From the NCBI GenBank assembly GCA_041497895.1, contig JBGQHJ010000084.1, forward strand, positions 1-21,928: a DNA stretch of 21,928 nucleotides, in the 5' to 3' direction. A program made the translations under genes and the position numbers. The stretch comes from Candidatus Methylomirabilia bacterium. Its GTDB lineage: Bacteria; Methylomirabilota; Methylomirabilia; Rokubacteriales; CSP1-6. This document shows, in pieces, positions 1 to 8,519 of this stretch. Within the stretch, counting starts at the first letter, position 1. Every line of letters begins with the position of its first letter. The notes beneath the pieces were generated by a model. It did no database searches, had not been told where the DNA came from, and saw only the letters and a list, made by a program, of their open reading frames with translations.

Positions 1-426
1 CTGGCCGTAGCAGAAGTTGGTGTCCATCGGCGTGCCGACCGGGAAGCCCGCCACGAGCCGTCCCCCCGAGATGACGTCGAGCATCGCGAATTCCTCGGCC
101 ACCCGGATCGGCGGGTTGTAGCCGGCGATGGAGTTGCCGATCACGCAGATGGCCGCCCGCGAAGTCCGCCGGGCCAGGCCGGCCGCGATCAGGTTCGGGG
201 AGGGCATGAGCCCGTAGCCGTTCTGGTGGTGCTCGTTGCAGCCGATCCCGTCGAACCCGAGCGCCTCCGCGTACTCGAGCTGGTCCATGTACTGGTGGTA
301 GACGAAGTGGCCCTTCTTCGGATCGTAGAGCTTACTGGGAATGTCCACCCACACCGAGCGATTCTTCTCCCGGAAGTCGTCGGGCAGGTACGGCCAGGGC
401 ATCAGGTTGAACCAGGTGAATCTCAT
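1..426 (-). CDS. LLM-class (luciferase-like) flavin-dependent oxidoreductase, N-terminal 142 codons; runs off the window edge
   Basis: Not in the ORF track; translated by hand from ATG at 426: MRFTWFNLMPWPYLPDDFREKNRSVWVDIP...AEALGFDGIGCNEHH...PIRVAEEFAMLDVISGGRLVAGF. The GFD..EHH and P.RVAEE.A.LD..SGGRL motifs are typical of the Bac_luciferase family. SD GGAGG at 432-436. Confidence 0.9.
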   Translation of the reverse strand, partial: MRFTWFNLMPWPYLPDDFREKNRSVWVDIPSKLYDPKKGHFVYHQYMDQLEYAEALGFDGIGCNEHHQNGYGLMPSPNLIAAGLARRTSRAAICVIGNSIAGYNPPIRVAEEFAMLDVISGGRLVAGFPVGTPMDTNFCYGQ

Positions 427-490
427 GGATACCTCCCGGCACCGGGTGACAGGTGCGCCGCCGGAGTGTATAACGCCTGACGCGTGGCGG

Positions 491-1573
491 CTACCCGGTG
501 ATGCCGAGCAGCTTCACCGCGGTGTCGCCCAGCATCGCCGCGCGCTCGGCGTCGCTCAGGCCGGGCGTCGCCAGGATGTGGTCCACCGACGTGCGGGTCC
601 ACGGGTAGGGATAGTCGGTGCCCATGACGATCTGGCCCGGGCCGGTCTCGGCGGCGAGGTGTCGCAGCGCCTCCGGGGTGAAGACCAGCGAATCGAAGTA
701 GAGCTGGCGGAAGTACTCCGTCGGCTTCTTCCGCAGCCCGGTTGTGCACCGGGCCGGGACGGTCACGCACCCCGCGTCGGAGCGCCCCGCGTAGGACGGG
801 AGATAGCCGCCGCCGTGCGCCGCGCAGATCTTGAGCCCGGGGAAGCGGTCGAGGGTGCCCTCGAAGATCAGGTGGGAGAGGGCGATCGTGGTCTCGAGGG
901 GGTTGCCGATGACGTTGTCGAGCCCGCCGCTGCCCTTGAGCCGGCCGGTCGCGTTCAGCTCGACCGAGCCCTGCGGGTGGATGAAGATCAGCACGCCGAG
1001 CTGCTCGGCCTTGGCCCAGAACGGGTGGAACTTCGGGTCGGAGAGCTCCTCGCCGTTGACGCTGCCCCCGATGGCCGCGCCGCGCAGGCCGTACTTCTTG
1101 ACGCCTTCCTCGAGCTGCGCGGCCGCGAGGTCCGGAAACTGCAGGGCCACGGTGGCGAAGGCCACGAACCGATCCGGCGGCGCCGCGCAGGCCTGCGCGA
1201 GCTTCTCGTTCTGGATCTGGATGATCCGGGTCGCGAGATCCCGCTCCGCCTTGTACCAGAACGGGTTGATGCTGAGCGCCTGGACGTCGATGCCCTGAGC
1301 GTCCATCGCGGCGAGCCGCTCCTGGGGCTGGCCCATGAGCAGGCCAGGCGGCCGGGTCGGCAGGCTGATCGACAGTCCCATCAGGGCCAGCGCCTCGGGC
1401 ACCGCGCAGTGCGCGTGCACGTCGACGGTCTTCACGCGCCGGCCACTCACCATGACCTGCCGGCGTGGGGTTTGCGCCATCGCGGGCCGGGCCCGGAGCA
1501 GACCGCAGCCGACGAAGGCGAGGCCGGCCACTGCGCCGGCGGTCTCGGCGAGGAATTCCCTGCGCGTGGTCAT
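491..1573 (-). CDS. Amidohydrolase family protein (Amidohydro_2, ACMSD-like) with twin-arginine signal peptide, 360 aa
   Basis: Start moved from 1666 to ATG 1573, which follows SD GGAGG. N-terminus MTTRREFL...PAMA|Q. Metal motifs DVHAH, FIHP, AHGGG, GTDYPY. Confidence 0.9.
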   Translation of the reverse strand: MTTRREFLAETAGAVAGLAFVGCGLLRARPAMAQTPRRQVMVSGRRVKTVDVHAHCAVPEALALMGLSISLPTRPPGLLMGQPQERLAAMDAQGIDVQALSINPFWYKAERDLATRIIQIQNEKLAQACAAPPDRFVAFATVALQFPDLAAAQLEEGVKKYGLRGAAIGGSVNGEELSDPKFHPFWAKAEQLGVLIFIHPQGSVELNATGRLKGSGGLDNVIGNPLETTIALSHLIFEGTLDRFPGLKICAAHGGGYLPSYAGRSDAGCVTVPARCTTGLRKKPTEYFRQLYFDSLVFTPEALRHLAAETGPGQIVMGTDYPYPWTRTSVDHILATPGLSDAERAAMLGDTAVKLLGITG

Positions 1574-1656
1574 GGGGTCCCCTCCTGGCGAGCGGTTCGG
1601 TCCCTGATGCGGGCGCAGACTATCACACGGCCGCGCCGTCGTCATGATCGCCGAGC

Positions 1657-1665
1657 ACCATAGCA
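1657..1665 (-). promoter_or_regulatory. Candidate extended -10 element (TGcTATGGT) for the leftward amidohydrolase/LLM genes
   Basis: TGn-TATGGT on the minus strand in the divergent intergenic region. A second candidate, TGaTAGTCT, lies at 1617-1625. Confidence 0.35.
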
Positions 1666-1677
1666 TCGTTTCACTCC

Positions 1678-1706
1678 TTGACCACCCGCCGACCCGGGTC
1701 TAGGCT
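1678..1706 (+). promoter_or_regulatory. Sigma70-type promoter for the rightward operon
   Basis: TTGACC (1678-1683), 17-nt spacer, TAGGCT (1701-1706), about 50 nt upstream of SD GAGGAGG and ATG 1759. Confidence 0.6.
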
Positions 1707-1758
1707 TGCCCCGCGGCTCCGGATCCGATCAATGGCCCGATCGCGAGAGGAGGGTGAC

Positions 1759-2970
1759 ATGAAAGAGGGTCTGCGTTTCGTCGATTCCGACATGCACGTC
1801 ATGGAGCCACCCGATCTCTTCGATCGCTACCTGGACCCGGCATTCAAGCACCGGGTCAGCGTACAGGTAGGGGCCGACGGTCGCCCGTGCCGCGGTCCGG
1901 CCGGCCTGACCCTGATCGACGGGCTGCCCACCGCGGACTCCGATTTGCAGCAGTATCGCAAGCGCGTCCGGCGCGGTCCGACCCAGAGCACCCAGCCCCT
2001 CTCGGGGTCTCGCCTCGCCGACACGGGCCGCCTGGACTTCGCGGTCGAGCGCGACTACGACCCGGAAGCCCAGGTGATGGGCATGGAGATGGAAGGGGTC
2101 GACATCGCGGTGCTCTACCCCACGAGCGGTCTGAGCCTCATCGCGCGCGACAACCTGGACCCACGGCTCTCGCTCGCGCTGTGCCAGGCCTACAACAACT
2201 GGATCCACGACTTCTGCCGCCATAGCCCCGACCGCTTGAAGTTCGTGGTGATGCTGCCGGTGCACGACGTGCATCTGGCCTGCCGGGAGCTGGTGCGCGG
2301 CGTGAGGGAGCTGGGCGCGGTCGGGTCGTTCATCCGGCCGAACCTGGTGAACGATCACTACTGGCACTCGAACTACTGGGACCCGCTCTACCGCCTGCAC
2401 GAAGAGCTCGACGTGACCTGGGGCTTTCACGAGGGCGTGAGCGCGCTGTACTCGCGGATGATCCCGCTGTACGGCGAGAATCGGTTCTACCGTCACGTCG
2501 CCAGCCACTGGATCGAGATGCAGCAGGCGCTGATCGCGATGATCATCGGCGGGGTATTCGAGTTCCACCCGAAGCTGCGGGTGGGCTTCCTGGAGGCCCA
2601 GAACTCCTGGGTGCCGGGCCTCCTGTCGCGTATCGAGTGGGACTATCCGCAGTACCGGGACTCGCACGCGCCCTACCTCGCGTTGACGCCGCGGGAGTAT
2701 TTCCGGCGCAACTGCTGGGCCGCCGTCGAGGGGAGCGAGCCGGAGATCGAGGCCACCGCGGGGCTCATCGGCGCCGACCGGATGTGCATCTCGACCGACT
2801 ACCCCCATTTCGACTCCAACTTCCCCCACGTGGCGGACAACCTCCTCAAGAACATCCCCCGCGAGCTCGCGGCGCAGATCCTGCTGGGGGGAGCCCACCT
2901 CTACGGCTTCACCGAGGCGCACTTCCAGAGAGCCGACGCGCAGAGGGCCGGCGCCGCCGTCGGGAGGTGA
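1759..2970 (+). CDS. Amidohydrolase family protein (Amidohydro_2, DxDxH subtype), 403 aa
   Basis: Start moved to ATG 1759 after GAGGAGG. Motifs DSDMHVMEP, MEMEGVDIAVLYP, AYNNW, GFHEG, HPKLRVGFLE, STDYPHFD. Confidence 0.9.
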   Translation: MKEGLRFVDSDMHVMEPPDLFDRYLDPAFKHRVSVQVGADGRPCRGPAGLTLIDGLPTADSDLQQYRKRVRRGPTQSTQPLSGSRLADTGRLDFAVERDYDPEAQVMGMEMEGVDIAVLYPTSGLSLIARDNLDPRLSLALCQAYNNWIHDFCRHSPDRLKFVVMLPVHDVHLACRELVRGVRELGAVGSFIRPNLVNDHYWHSNYWDPLYRLHEELDVTWGFHEGVSALYSRMIPLYGENRFYRHVASHWIEMQQALIAMIIGGVFEFHPKLRVGFLEAQNSWVPGLLSRIEWDYPQYRDSHAPYLALTPREYFRRNCWAAVEGSEPEIEATAGLIGADRMCISTDYPHFDSNFPHVADNLLKNIPRELAAQILLGGAHLYGFTEAHFQRADAQRAGAAVGR

Positions 2971-2973
2971 GTC

Positions 2974-4131
2974 ATGAAGCATGACTTCAAGGTGATGGAC
3001 AGCGATCTCCACACGATGGAGCCGGACGGCCTCTGGGAGCGCTACCTCGACGAGCCGTTCAAGAAGTTCGCGCCGAAGTTCGAGCGGCGGGCCGGCGGAT
3101 CGCCGAACCAGCCGATCATCCAGATCGGGCCGCTCGCCCTGGGCGAGATGTCGAAGCACCCGCGGACCGCCGCGGTGGGCGCCGACCTCTTCCGGCGGTC
3201 GAGCCAGCGGCACCCCCATTATGCGGTAGCGCACGCCTGTCAATACGACGCCCAGAGCCACGTGCAGGCCATGGACATCGAGGGCATCGACGTGGGCATC
3301 CTCTACGGCACGCGCGGCCGCCAGGTGCTGATGCACGACGATCTCGAGCCCGCGGTGGCCGACGCCCTCGCGCGGGCCCACAACGACTGGACCCACGACT
3401 ATTGCCAGTACGATCCGAAACGGCTCAAGTTCGCGGCGCAGGTCGCCTTTCACGATCCGCGACTCGCCGCCCGCGAGGCGCGCCGGGCCGTGCGGGACAA
3501 GGGCGCGGTGGCGGTGATCGGCAATCCGAATCCGATCAACGGGCGCCACATCCACGACCCGGAATTCGAGCCGCTCTGGGACACCATCGAGGAGCTGGGG
3601 GTGCCCATCGGATTTCACCCGACCGGGCAGTCTTCGCTGCGCGACGACATCGCCCGCCGCTACCTGGACCACCCGAACGGCCGGGTGATCGGCCAGGCCG
3701 GGCGCAATCCGGTGGAGCTGATGTTCGCCTTCGCCAGCCTCGCGGCGGGCGGCGTGCTGGAGCGGCATCCGCGGCTGCGCTGCGCGTTCCTGGAGGGCAC
3801 GTGCGGGTGGCTGCCCTGGTGGCTCTGGCGGCTCGACGAGGCCTGGGAGAAGTTCGGCCCCGGCTCGGAGGTGCAGATCGGCGGGCGCCCGAGCGAGTAC
3901 TTCTATCGTCAGTGCTATATCGCCACCGACGCCGACGAGAAGGTGCTCCGGCAGGTGGTGGAAGCGATCGGCGACGACAACATCGTCGTCTCCACCGACT
4001 ACCCGCACTCGGACGGGCTCTTCCCCGAGGCCATCCAGGAGTTCGTCGCCCTCGAGGGCGTGAGCGACAAGACCAAGGCGAAGATCCTGTGGGACAACTG
4101 CGCGCGTCTGTACCCCCTGGCCGCCGGCTGA
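2974..4131 (+). CDS. Amidohydrolase family protein (Amidohydro_2, DxDxH subtype), 385 aa
   Basis: SD GGAGG. Motifs DSDLHTMEP, MDIEGID, AHNDW, GFHP, HPRLRCAFLE, STDYPHSD, ILWDNCARLY. Confidence 0.92.
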   Translation: MKHDFKVMDSDLHTMEPDGLWERYLDEPFKKFAPKFERRAGGSPNQPIIQIGPLALGEMSKHPRTAAVGADLFRRSSQRHPHYAVAHACQYDAQSHVQAMDIEGIDVGILYGTRGRQVLMHDDLEPAVADALARAHNDWTHDYCQYDPKRLKFAAQVAFHDPRLAAREARRAVRDKGAVAVIGNPNPINGRHIHDPEFEPLWDTIEELGVPIGFHPTGQSSLRDDIARRYLDHPNGRVIGQAGRNPVELMFAFASLAAGGVLERHPRLRCAFLEGTCGWLPWWLWRLDEAWEKFGPGSEVQIGGRPSEYFYRQCYIATDADEKVLRQVVEAIGDDNIVVSTDYPHSDGLFPEAIQEFVALEGVSDKTKAKILWDNCARLYPLAAG

Positions 4132-4532
4132 TGCCGAAGACGATCCAGCAGAAGGTGACCTTCCGCGCCTCGCCGGAGGCGCTGTTCGACACCTATCTGA
4201 GCACCCGGAAGCACTCCGCCGCGACCTGCGCCAAGGCGGTGATGAGCCGCCGGGTGGGCGGCGCGTTCATGGCCCACGCCGGGCACCTTCGCGGCCGCAA
4301 CCTGGCGATCGTGCCGAAGCGCCTGATCGTGCAGTCGTGGCGCGGATCGAACTGGAAGAAGCGGGATCTCGACTCGACCCTGGTGCTGGTCTTCAGCCGG
4401 GTCCGGGGCGGCGGGCGGATCTCGATGGTGCACGCCAATATCCCCGACGCGAACGTCGCGAGCATCACCCGGGGCTGGAGCGAGTACTACTGGAAGCCGT
4501 GGAAGCAGTACCTGAAGCGCACCGCTCGATGA
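4131..4532 (+). CDS. SRPBCC/AHSA1-domain protein, 133 aa
   Basis: C-terminal part of the 3402..4532 ORF; ATG overlaps the previous stop (TGATG). TIQQKVTFRASPEALF, RVGGAF, RLIVQSWR and GWSEYYW match the AHSA1-type START fold. Confidence 0.85.
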   Translation: MPKTIQQKVTFRASPEALFDTYLSTRKHSAATCAKAVMSRRVGGAFMAHAGHLRGRNLAIVPKRLIVQSWRGSNWKKRDLDSTLVLVFSRVRGGGRISMVHANIPDANVASITRGWSEYYWKPWKQYLKRTAR

Positions 4533-4545
4533 GAGGAGACCGGCC

Positions 4546-5163
4546 ATGATCTACGAGTTCCGGACCTACACCCTCAAGCCCCGCAGCCTCGCCGAGGTCG
4601 AGAAGCGCTACGCCCTAGCCTACGAGTACCGGAAGAAATACTCGCCGCTCGCCGCCTTCTGGCACACCGAGGTCGGCCCCCTCAACGAGATCATCCACGT
4701 GTGGGGCTACAAGGATCTCGCCGAGCGGGCCCGCATCCGGGCCGAGGCGGCCAAGGATGCGAACTGGCCGCCCAAGATCCGGGAGTTCGTCGTCGATCAG
4801 GACGTGGAGGTGGTGACGCCGTTCCCGTTCATCCCCGACGTCACGCCGGGCACGATGGGGCCGATCTTCGAGATCCGGCGCTACAGCCTCACGCCCGGCT
4901 CGCTGCCCGGCGTCATGAAGCGGTGGGAGGGGAGCATCGGCGCGCGGACGAAGCTCTCGCCGGTGGTGCTGGCCGGCGGCGTGGAGTTCGGTGGGGCCAA
5001 CCGGTTCATCCACATCTGGGGCTACAAGAGCATGGACCAGCGGCTCGCGGTCCGGGAGCAGGCGCGCAAGGCCGGCATCTGGCCGCCCCCGGGCGGCGGC
5101 GACGAGCTGCTCGCGCAGGAGAGCAAGATCGTCATGCCCTCGGCCTTCTCGCCGCTCCAGTAA
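4546..5163 (+). CDS. NIPSNAP family protein with two tandem domains, 205 aa
   Basis: IYEFRTYTLKP...NEIIHVWGY and IFEIRRYSLTPG...NRFIHIWGY repeats; ends FSPLQ; SD GAGGAG. Confidence 0.92.
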   Translation: MIYEFRTYTLKPRSLAEVEKRYALAYEYRKKYSPLAAFWHTEVGPLNEIIHVWGYKDLAERARIRAEAAKDANWPPKIREFVVDQDVEVVTPFPFIPDVTPGTMGPIFEIRRYSLTPGSLPGVMKRWEGSIGARTKLSPVVLAGGVEFGGANRFIHIWGYKSMDQRLAVREQARKAGIWPPPGGGDELLAQESKIVMPSAFSPLQ

Positions 5164-5174
5164 GGGAGGGAGTC

Positions 5175-5717
5175 ATGCCACCCACGAAGCTGGCGCACGT
5201 CGTATTCCAGACGAACCGGAAGCCGGAGATGCAGGAGTGGTACTGCGAGGTGCTCGGCGGTCACGTCATCTACGAGAACCCGCAGCTCTCCTTCGTGACC
5301 TACGACGACGAGCACCATCGGGTGGCCTTTCTCGACTTCGGTCCGCTGACCCCGCGGGCGCCGGGCGGCGAGCTCGGCGTCCGCGCGACCGACCCGCCGG
5401 GCGTCCATCACGTCGCGTTCACGTTCGGCTCCATGGGGGACCTGCTCGACAACTACGTCCGGCTGAGAGCGCAGGAGATCCGCCCGTTCCGCTGCATCAA
5501 CCACGGCCCGACCACGTCCATGTACTACGCCGATCCCGACGGCAACCGGATCGAGCTGCAGATCGACAACTTCGCCACCGCGGAGGAGGGGCAGGCGTGG
5601 ATGCACTCCCCGGCGTTCGATCAGAACCCGATCGGGGTCGAGTTCGATCCCGACGAGCTGGTCCGGAAGTTCCGGGCCGGGGTGCCGGTGGCCGAGCTCG
5701 TGATCCGTGACGCCTGA
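5175..5717 (+). CDS. VOC (glyoxalase/extradiol-dioxygenase-like) family protein, 180 aa
   Basis: ATG 5175 after GGGAGG, inside the 4701..5717 ORF. KLAHVV, DEHHRVA, GVHHVAF, NHGPTTSMYYADPDGNRIELQ. Confidence 0.9.
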   Translation: MPPTKLAHVVFQTNRKPEMQEWYCEVLGGHVIYENPQLSFVTYDDEHHRVAFLDFGPLTPRAPGGELGVRATDPPGVHHVAFTFGSMGDLLDNYVRLRAQEIRPFRCINHGPTTSMYYADPDGNRIELQIDNFATAEEGQAWMHSPAFDQNPIGVEFDPDELVRKFRAGVPVAELVIRDA

Positions 5718-6237
5718 GCCGCTCGCCCCGCCCGCCGTCGCCGAGCTGCTCCGGTCCGCGGCCACGACCATCCGCGCCGAGCTCTCGGCGCTGTCGGCCC
5801 CCGTCCTGGCCTGGCACCCGGCCGCCGGCGAGTGGTGCGTGAAGGAGGTGCTCGGCCATCTGATCGAGACCGAGCAGCGCGGCTTCGCCGGGAGGATCCG
5901 CATCATTCTCTCGGGTGACCGCCCGGAGCTTCAAGGCTGGGATCAGGACGCGGTCGCGCGCGCCCGCCACGACTGCGCCCGCGACGCGTCCGCCCTCGTC
6001 GACGAGTTCGCCCGGCTCCGCGCCGACAGCGCCACGCTCGTGGCCGGCTTGAAGGCCGCCGATCTGCCGCGCGGCGGGGACCACCCCAAGGTGGGCCTCC
6101 TGACGGTGGCCGATCTCCTCCACGAGTGGGTGCACCACGACCGCAATCACATCCGCCAGATGCTGGCCAACGTGCAGGCCTTCGCGTGGCCGCACATGGG
6201 CAACGCGCAGCGCTTCTCTCTACCGACCCCGTCCTAG
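5707..6237 (+). CDS. DinB family protein, 176 aa
   Basis: PAAGEWCVKEVLGHL and HHDRNHIRQ give the DinB His triad. GTG start overlaps the end of the VOC gene. Confidence 0.88.
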   Translation: MTPEPLAPPAVAELLRSAATTIRAELSALSAPVLAWHPAAGEWCVKEVLGHLIETEQRGFAGRIRIILSGDRPELQGWDQDAVARARHDCARDASALVDEFARLRADSATLVAGLKAADLPRGGDHPKVGLLTVADLLHEWVHHDRNHIRQMLANVQAFAWPHMGNAQRFSLPTPS

Positions 6238-6250
6238 TCCGAGGTCCCCC

Positions 6251-7570
6251 ATGGCTGACCCGACGAGAGCCCGATCCACCGAAGAGACCCGGCTGCTGGA
6301 GCGCGCCCGCCAGCGGCTGCCCGGCGGCGTGCTGGGCACCTCCCGCTACGCCGACGACGTGGGCTTCGTGGTCAAGCACGGCAAGGGCTCGAAGATCCAC
6401 GACGTGAGCGGGCGCGAGTACATCGACTACGTGCTCGCGTCGGGCCCGCTCATCCTGGGCCACGCCCATCCCGCGGTGGTCGCCGCGGTGCGCGCGCAGA
6501 TCGGGGAGGGCTCGACCTACTTCATGGTCAACGAGCCCATCATCGAGCTGGCCGAGGAGATCTGCCGGGCCGTGCCGTGCGCGGAGCAGGTGCGCTTCAC
6601 CTCCACCGGCTCCGAGGCCACCTTTTTTTCCCTGCGGGTGGCGCGCACCGCGCGCCAGCGCGACAAGATCCTGAAGTTCGAGGGCGGCTATCACGGTGCC
6701 CACGACTACGCGATGATGAGCTCGTCGCCCCGCTCGCCGAAGGCGTTCCCCGCGCCGGTGCCCGACTCGTCGGGGATCCCGCACGCGATCGAGGACGAGG
6801 TGCTCGTCGCGCCCTACAACGACCTGGCCACCGTCGAGGGCATCGTGGCCACCCACGCCGACGAGCTGGCCGCGGTGATCGTCGAGCCCTTCCAGCGCCT
6901 GATCCCGCCCCAGCCCGGCTTCCTGACGGGCCTCCGCGAGATCACCCGTCGCCACGGCGTGCTGCTGATCTTCGACGAGGTCGTCACCGGCTTTCGTCTG
7001 GCCTACGGCGGGGCCCAGGAGTACTACGGCGTGGTGCCCGACATCGCCTGCGTCGGCAAGATCGTAGGCGGCGGCTTCCCCCTGGCCGCGGTGTGCGCCT
7101 CCGAGGCGCTGATGCGCCCCTTCGACCCGGGGCATGACGGCAAGGGCGACTTCATCTCGCAGTCGGGCACGCTCAACGGCAACCCCATCGCGGCGGTGGC
7201 CGGCCTGGCCACCCTGGCCGAGCTGCGCAAGCCCGGGGCCTACGAGACCCTCCACGGGACCGGCAAGCGCCTGATGGCCGGCCTGACCGAGCTGGCCCGG
7301 AAGTCCGGGCTCCCGGCCCAGGTGGTCGGCGAGCCGGTGGTCTTCGACCTGCTCTTCACCGGCGAGCCGGTGACCGACTACCGGTCGCTCCAGAAGTCCG
7401 ACGGAGCGCTCGCCCGCGCCTTCACCACTGAGCTGATCAAGCGCGGCGTGGTGAAGAACACCCAGAAGATGTACATCTCCCTGGTCCACAGCGAAGCCGA
7501 CGTGGCCAAGACGCTGCAAGCCTGCGAGGACGCGCTCAGAGTCCTCCCGAAGACGAAGCCGCGGCGATAG
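6251..7570 (+). CDS. Class-III PLP aminotransferase, glutamate-1-semialdehyde aminomutase-like paralogue, 439 aa
   Basis: GREYIDY, ILGHAHP, KFEGGYHG, LIFDEVVTGFR, GKIVGGG (PLP lysine), GTLNGNP. It departs from the HemL consensus and sits in a non-heme context, so it is not called hemL. Confidence 0.88.
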   Translation: MADPTRARSTEETRLLERARQRLPGGVLGTSRYADDVGFVVKHGKGSKIHDVSGREYIDYVLASGPLILGHAHPAVVAAVRAQIGEGSTYFMVNEPIIELAEEICRAVPCAEQVRFTSTGSEATFFSLRVARTARQRDKILKFEGGYHGAHDYAMMSSSPRSPKAFPAPVPDSSGIPHAIEDEVLVAPYNDLATVEGIVATHADELAAVIVEPFQRLIPPQPGFLTGLREITRRHGVLLIFDEVVTGFRLAYGGAQEYYGVVPDIACVGKIVGGGFPLAAVCASEALMRPFDPGHDGKGDFISQSGTLNGNPIAAVAGLATLAELRKPGAYETLHGTGKRLMAGLTELARKSGLPAQVVGEPVVFDLLFTGEPVTDYRSLQKSDGALARAFTTELIKRGVVKNTQKMYISLVHSEADVAKTLQACEDALRVLPKTKPRR

Positions 7571-7571
7571 C

Positions 7572-7590
7572 GGGCGGCGGCTAGCCGCCC
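7572..7590. terminator. GC-rich hairpin between convergent genes
   Basis: GGGCGGC-ggcta-GCCGCCC; also contains the 14-bp palindrome GGCGGCTAGCCGCC (7576-7589). No U-tract, and it overlaps the permease stop. Confidence 0.3.
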
Positions 7591-8519
7591 TTGAGCCGCG
7601 GGTCCAGCAGGTCGCGGAGCGCGTCGCCCAGCATGTTGAAGCCGAAGACGGCGAGGGAGAGCGTCACCGCCGGCCAGATCGCGAGCCACGGCGCCCGGTA
7701 CATGTAGTCGAGCCCGGCCAGCGACAGCATGCCGCCCCAGGTCGGGTAGGGGGGCGGCACGCCGAGCCCCAGGAACGAGAGGCTCGCCTCCGTCAGGATG
7801 ACGGTGGAGAGCCCGGTCGTCGCCACCACGATGATGGTCGGCACCACGTTGGGCAGGATGTGGGTGAGGGTCGTGCGGACGTGGCCGGCGCCGAGGGCCC
7901 GCGCGCTCTCCACGAAGGTGTGCTCCTTGATCAGGAGGGCGACGCCCCGGACCACGCGCGAGTTCTGGATCCCGAAGGCGACCCCGAGCACGGTGGTGAT
8001 GTTCCAGACGCTCGGCCCGAGCAGCGACATGATGGACAGGAGCAGGAGGAGCGGCGGGAACGCCATCCAGGCGTCCACCCCGCGCTGCACGAGCAGATCG
8101 AACCGCCCGCCGAAGTACCCGGAGAGCATGCCGATCGCGGTCGCGAGCACGCTGCCGATGGCGATGGCGCCGAAGCCCACGTAGAGCGAGATGCGAGCCC
8201 CGTAGATCAGGCGGGTCAGCAGGTCACGCCCCAGCTCGTCGGTGCCGAGCCAGTGCGCGCCGCTCATGGCGATGAACCGCTCGCGCAGGCTCGACTGGGC
8301 GAAGCCATAGGGCGCGATCCAGTCGGCCAGCACCGCCGCCCCGAGCATCAGGACGACGATCGCGCCGCCGATCGTGCCGAGCGGCTTGCGCCTGACCATC
8401 TGGACCCACACGTCGGCCCACCACGGCCGGATCCGCGCCTCGAGCGCCGGCTTGGCCGGCGCAACCCTGGGGGAGGGACCCTGCGATTTAGTATCGAATG
8501 CGCGGGTCGAGGAAGGCAT
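7581..8519 (-). CDS. Peptide/nickel ABC transporter permease (DppC/OppC-like)
   Basis: HWLGTDELGRD, GARISL, FVESARALGA (EAA loop), HILPN, EASLSFLGLG, GDALRDLLDPR. The start is uncertain: 8519 overlaps the upstream gene by 32 nt, and the next ATG is 8399. Confidence 0.92.
   Translation of the reverse strand: MPSSTRAFDTKSQGPSPRVAPAKPALEARIRPWWADVWVQMVRRKPLGTIGGAIVVLMLGAAVLADWIAPYGFAQSSLRERFIAMSGAHWLGTDELGRDLLTRLIYGARISLYVGFGAIAIGSVLATAIGMLSGYFGGRFDLLVQRGVDAWMAFPPLLLLLSIMSLLGPSVWNITTVLGVAFGIQNSRVVRGVALLIKEHTFVESARALGAGHVRTTLTHILPNVVPTIIVVATTGLSTVILTEASLSFLGLGVPPPYPTWGGMLSLAGLDYMYRAPWLAIWPAVTLSLAVFGFNMLGDALRDLLDPRLKGG

Noticed and set aside
465..473. TACACT -10-like hexamer (minus strand) upstream of the LLM gene
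   Set aside because: No matching -35 or TG extension, so too weak to call.
3402..5717. Apparent long N-terminal extensions or fusions on the SRPBCC and VOC ORFs (likewise on livM, livH and livF)
   Set aside because: The extensions are out-of-frame read-through of upstream genes; internal starts with an SD or stop/start coupling give normal-sized proteins.
6623..6629. T7 run (ACC TTT TTT TCC) in a high-GC gene as a phase-variation or frameshift site
   Set aside because: The run is short, the reading frame is intact and there is no canonical in-frame slippery heptamer.
6251..7570. Calling the aminotransferase hemL
   Set aside because: Motif deviations and gene context argue for a paralogue.
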